Below, piece after piece: positions 62,413 to 64,000 of a DNA stretch of 64,000 nt. The notes beneath the pieces were generated by a model. The model worked only from the letters and a program-made list of their open reading frames with translations, searched no databases and was not told where the DNA came from. Every line of letters starts with the position of its first letter. The first letter of the stretch is position 1. This DNA is from Rhina ancylostomus. Lineage: Eukaryota. Location of the stretch: the NCBI GenBank assembly GCA_030265395.1, contig JARFYF010000052.1, positions 118,279,125 through 118,343,124 of the forward strand, in the 5' to 3' direction. The position numbers and the translations under genes were made by a program.

Positions 62413-64000
62413 CCAATATTAATACCACCATATTATTGTATTACATTTGTTTAAACTTGAATTTCTCAACTAATATTTTGCGATAACTGTTCCTTAGAGA
62501 TGGTAAACTACTCTCAAAAGTGATTTTTGTCCTTTTTATAAATCCTTCTATTCACCTATTCTTCCTAATCTTCTAAGCCAAGATCATTTTCCACTAGTCC
62601 CCTGACATTATTCTAAACTATTCCTTCCCCTTCCATTGTGTCAGTCATTTTCTGAATGCCAAGTTACCTGTGCAACTATATATGTTACAGTTGTTCAGAA
62701 CAAGAATAGAAGAAATAAGAGCAGGATTCTGCCATTCAACGCCTCAGAACTGTTGTGGAAAAATTAAATCTATTTGACTTGGCTAATTAATTTCATTTCT
62801 TGGTATAAGCTTCCTTTCTTCACTAGGCAGAACCTAATTCCTGCCTCAGCCAGTTTTGGGTTCCTGCTTGTGCCATGACAACCTTCCTTTTCTCCCTAAG
62901 TTCTTCTCCCTGTCCTTGCCACTGGGCAGGCAACACAGGCTTTAGACCTCTAGGTCATGGCTACCCCCCTGATTATACCCTCACATTCCATTAGTTTTGT
63001 GTTTTACCATTTTTCTTGATTTGACCTTGTTTGCTGATCGAATTTTATCATTAAACCTACTGAAGTAGAAACTTGTCTGTGATGGCATGTGCTAGGCTCA
63101 TGATATGCTACTAGTTGTACATTATACTCTGCTTCCAAAATTTGTTTCCATTGAATTCAGTGGAGCCAAATTTCAGAAACCGTTTACAAGGTGGATATGT
63201 TACAATATTGTGAGCCCATCCTATTGATTTACACTTTATTGTCACCTTCTTTCACAATCTTTGTAGCTTTATCCAAATTGTTACAGTGCTGTATTTCATT
63301 GAATTTCTATTTAAATTTTTTTTTCCCTTACCTGAGCCCTTGGGATGTAAACAGGGTTTACAAGTTAGTTGTCTGATTTCTTAGCCTTTTTAATTGGAAC
63401 TAGTCCCAACAGAACAGCTCCTACTTTCTCCTGTGGTAGCTTCAGTGCCCCATGAATTGAATCCTCTGCATTTCAAGAATATTCCAGGAGTCATGTCTTC
63501 AAATCCTTTTATTTGCTCATCATTTTGGGGCTTTTTATGTTACTTTTGACCCCAGCTTCACAAACTCTCTCAGAAGATCCTCATTCTTAACTCATTTGGT
63601 GGTGTTTGTTGCTGACTGGATCATTACAGCTGGATCCTCCCTCTCCCATCAAGTTCTTCTCATTAACCTTCNNNNNNNNNNNNNNNNNNNNNNNNNNNNN
63701 NNNNNNNNNNNNNNNNNNNNNNNNNNNNNNNNNNNNNNNNNNNNNNNNNNNNNNNNNNNNNNNNNNNNNNNAACCTTCGCTTCAGGCAGGCAACATAGCA
63801 TTCAGAACTGTTGGTTAGGCCACCTTATTATACTTCCACCTTTCGAAATCACATTTCATTTTTTACTCCCTCCATTTGAACACCCACATGTACCACTATG
63901 GTGAAATACCTTGGCTCTGTTATCTTTGTTCTTGTCTGTTGCGATAGCAAGCTCCTTATTCCTGTTGAACAAGGTCAAAGGCTGAGACTTTTGCATCATT

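Noticed and set aside
1-64000. CRISPR array, operon or prokaryotic defence system
   Set aside because: The sequence is vertebrate intronic DNA with no regularly spaced repeats or dense ORFs

Overview
Vertebrate nuclear DNA with many small N gaps. The repeat complement (tRNA-headed V-SINE/HE1-like, Deu-domain SINEs, CR1, Rex/Babar, Penelope-like elements) points to a cartilaginous fish, probably a ray or shark; this is an inference. Only one host coding exon is recognisable: a 190-nt internal exon (35328-35517, +) of LCMT2/TYW4 carrying SAM-binding motif I. The rest appears to be very long intron filled with decayed transposons. Points of interest: (i) two fossil PIF/Harbinger transposase genes, each split by younger retroelements; (ii) a 140-bp inversion that flips the RT catalytic motif inside a Rex/Babar LINE; (iii) two copies of a ~300-bp chimeric element with a non-tRNA head and a CR1 3' tail; (iv) many Penelope-type ends with degenerate minimal hammerhead-ribozyme cores, including an inverted insertion with a target-site duplication just upstream of the LCMT2 exon. 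No intact new multi-gene system is evident. Repeat boundaries were read by eye and are approximate, and family names come from recalled motifs, not database searches.
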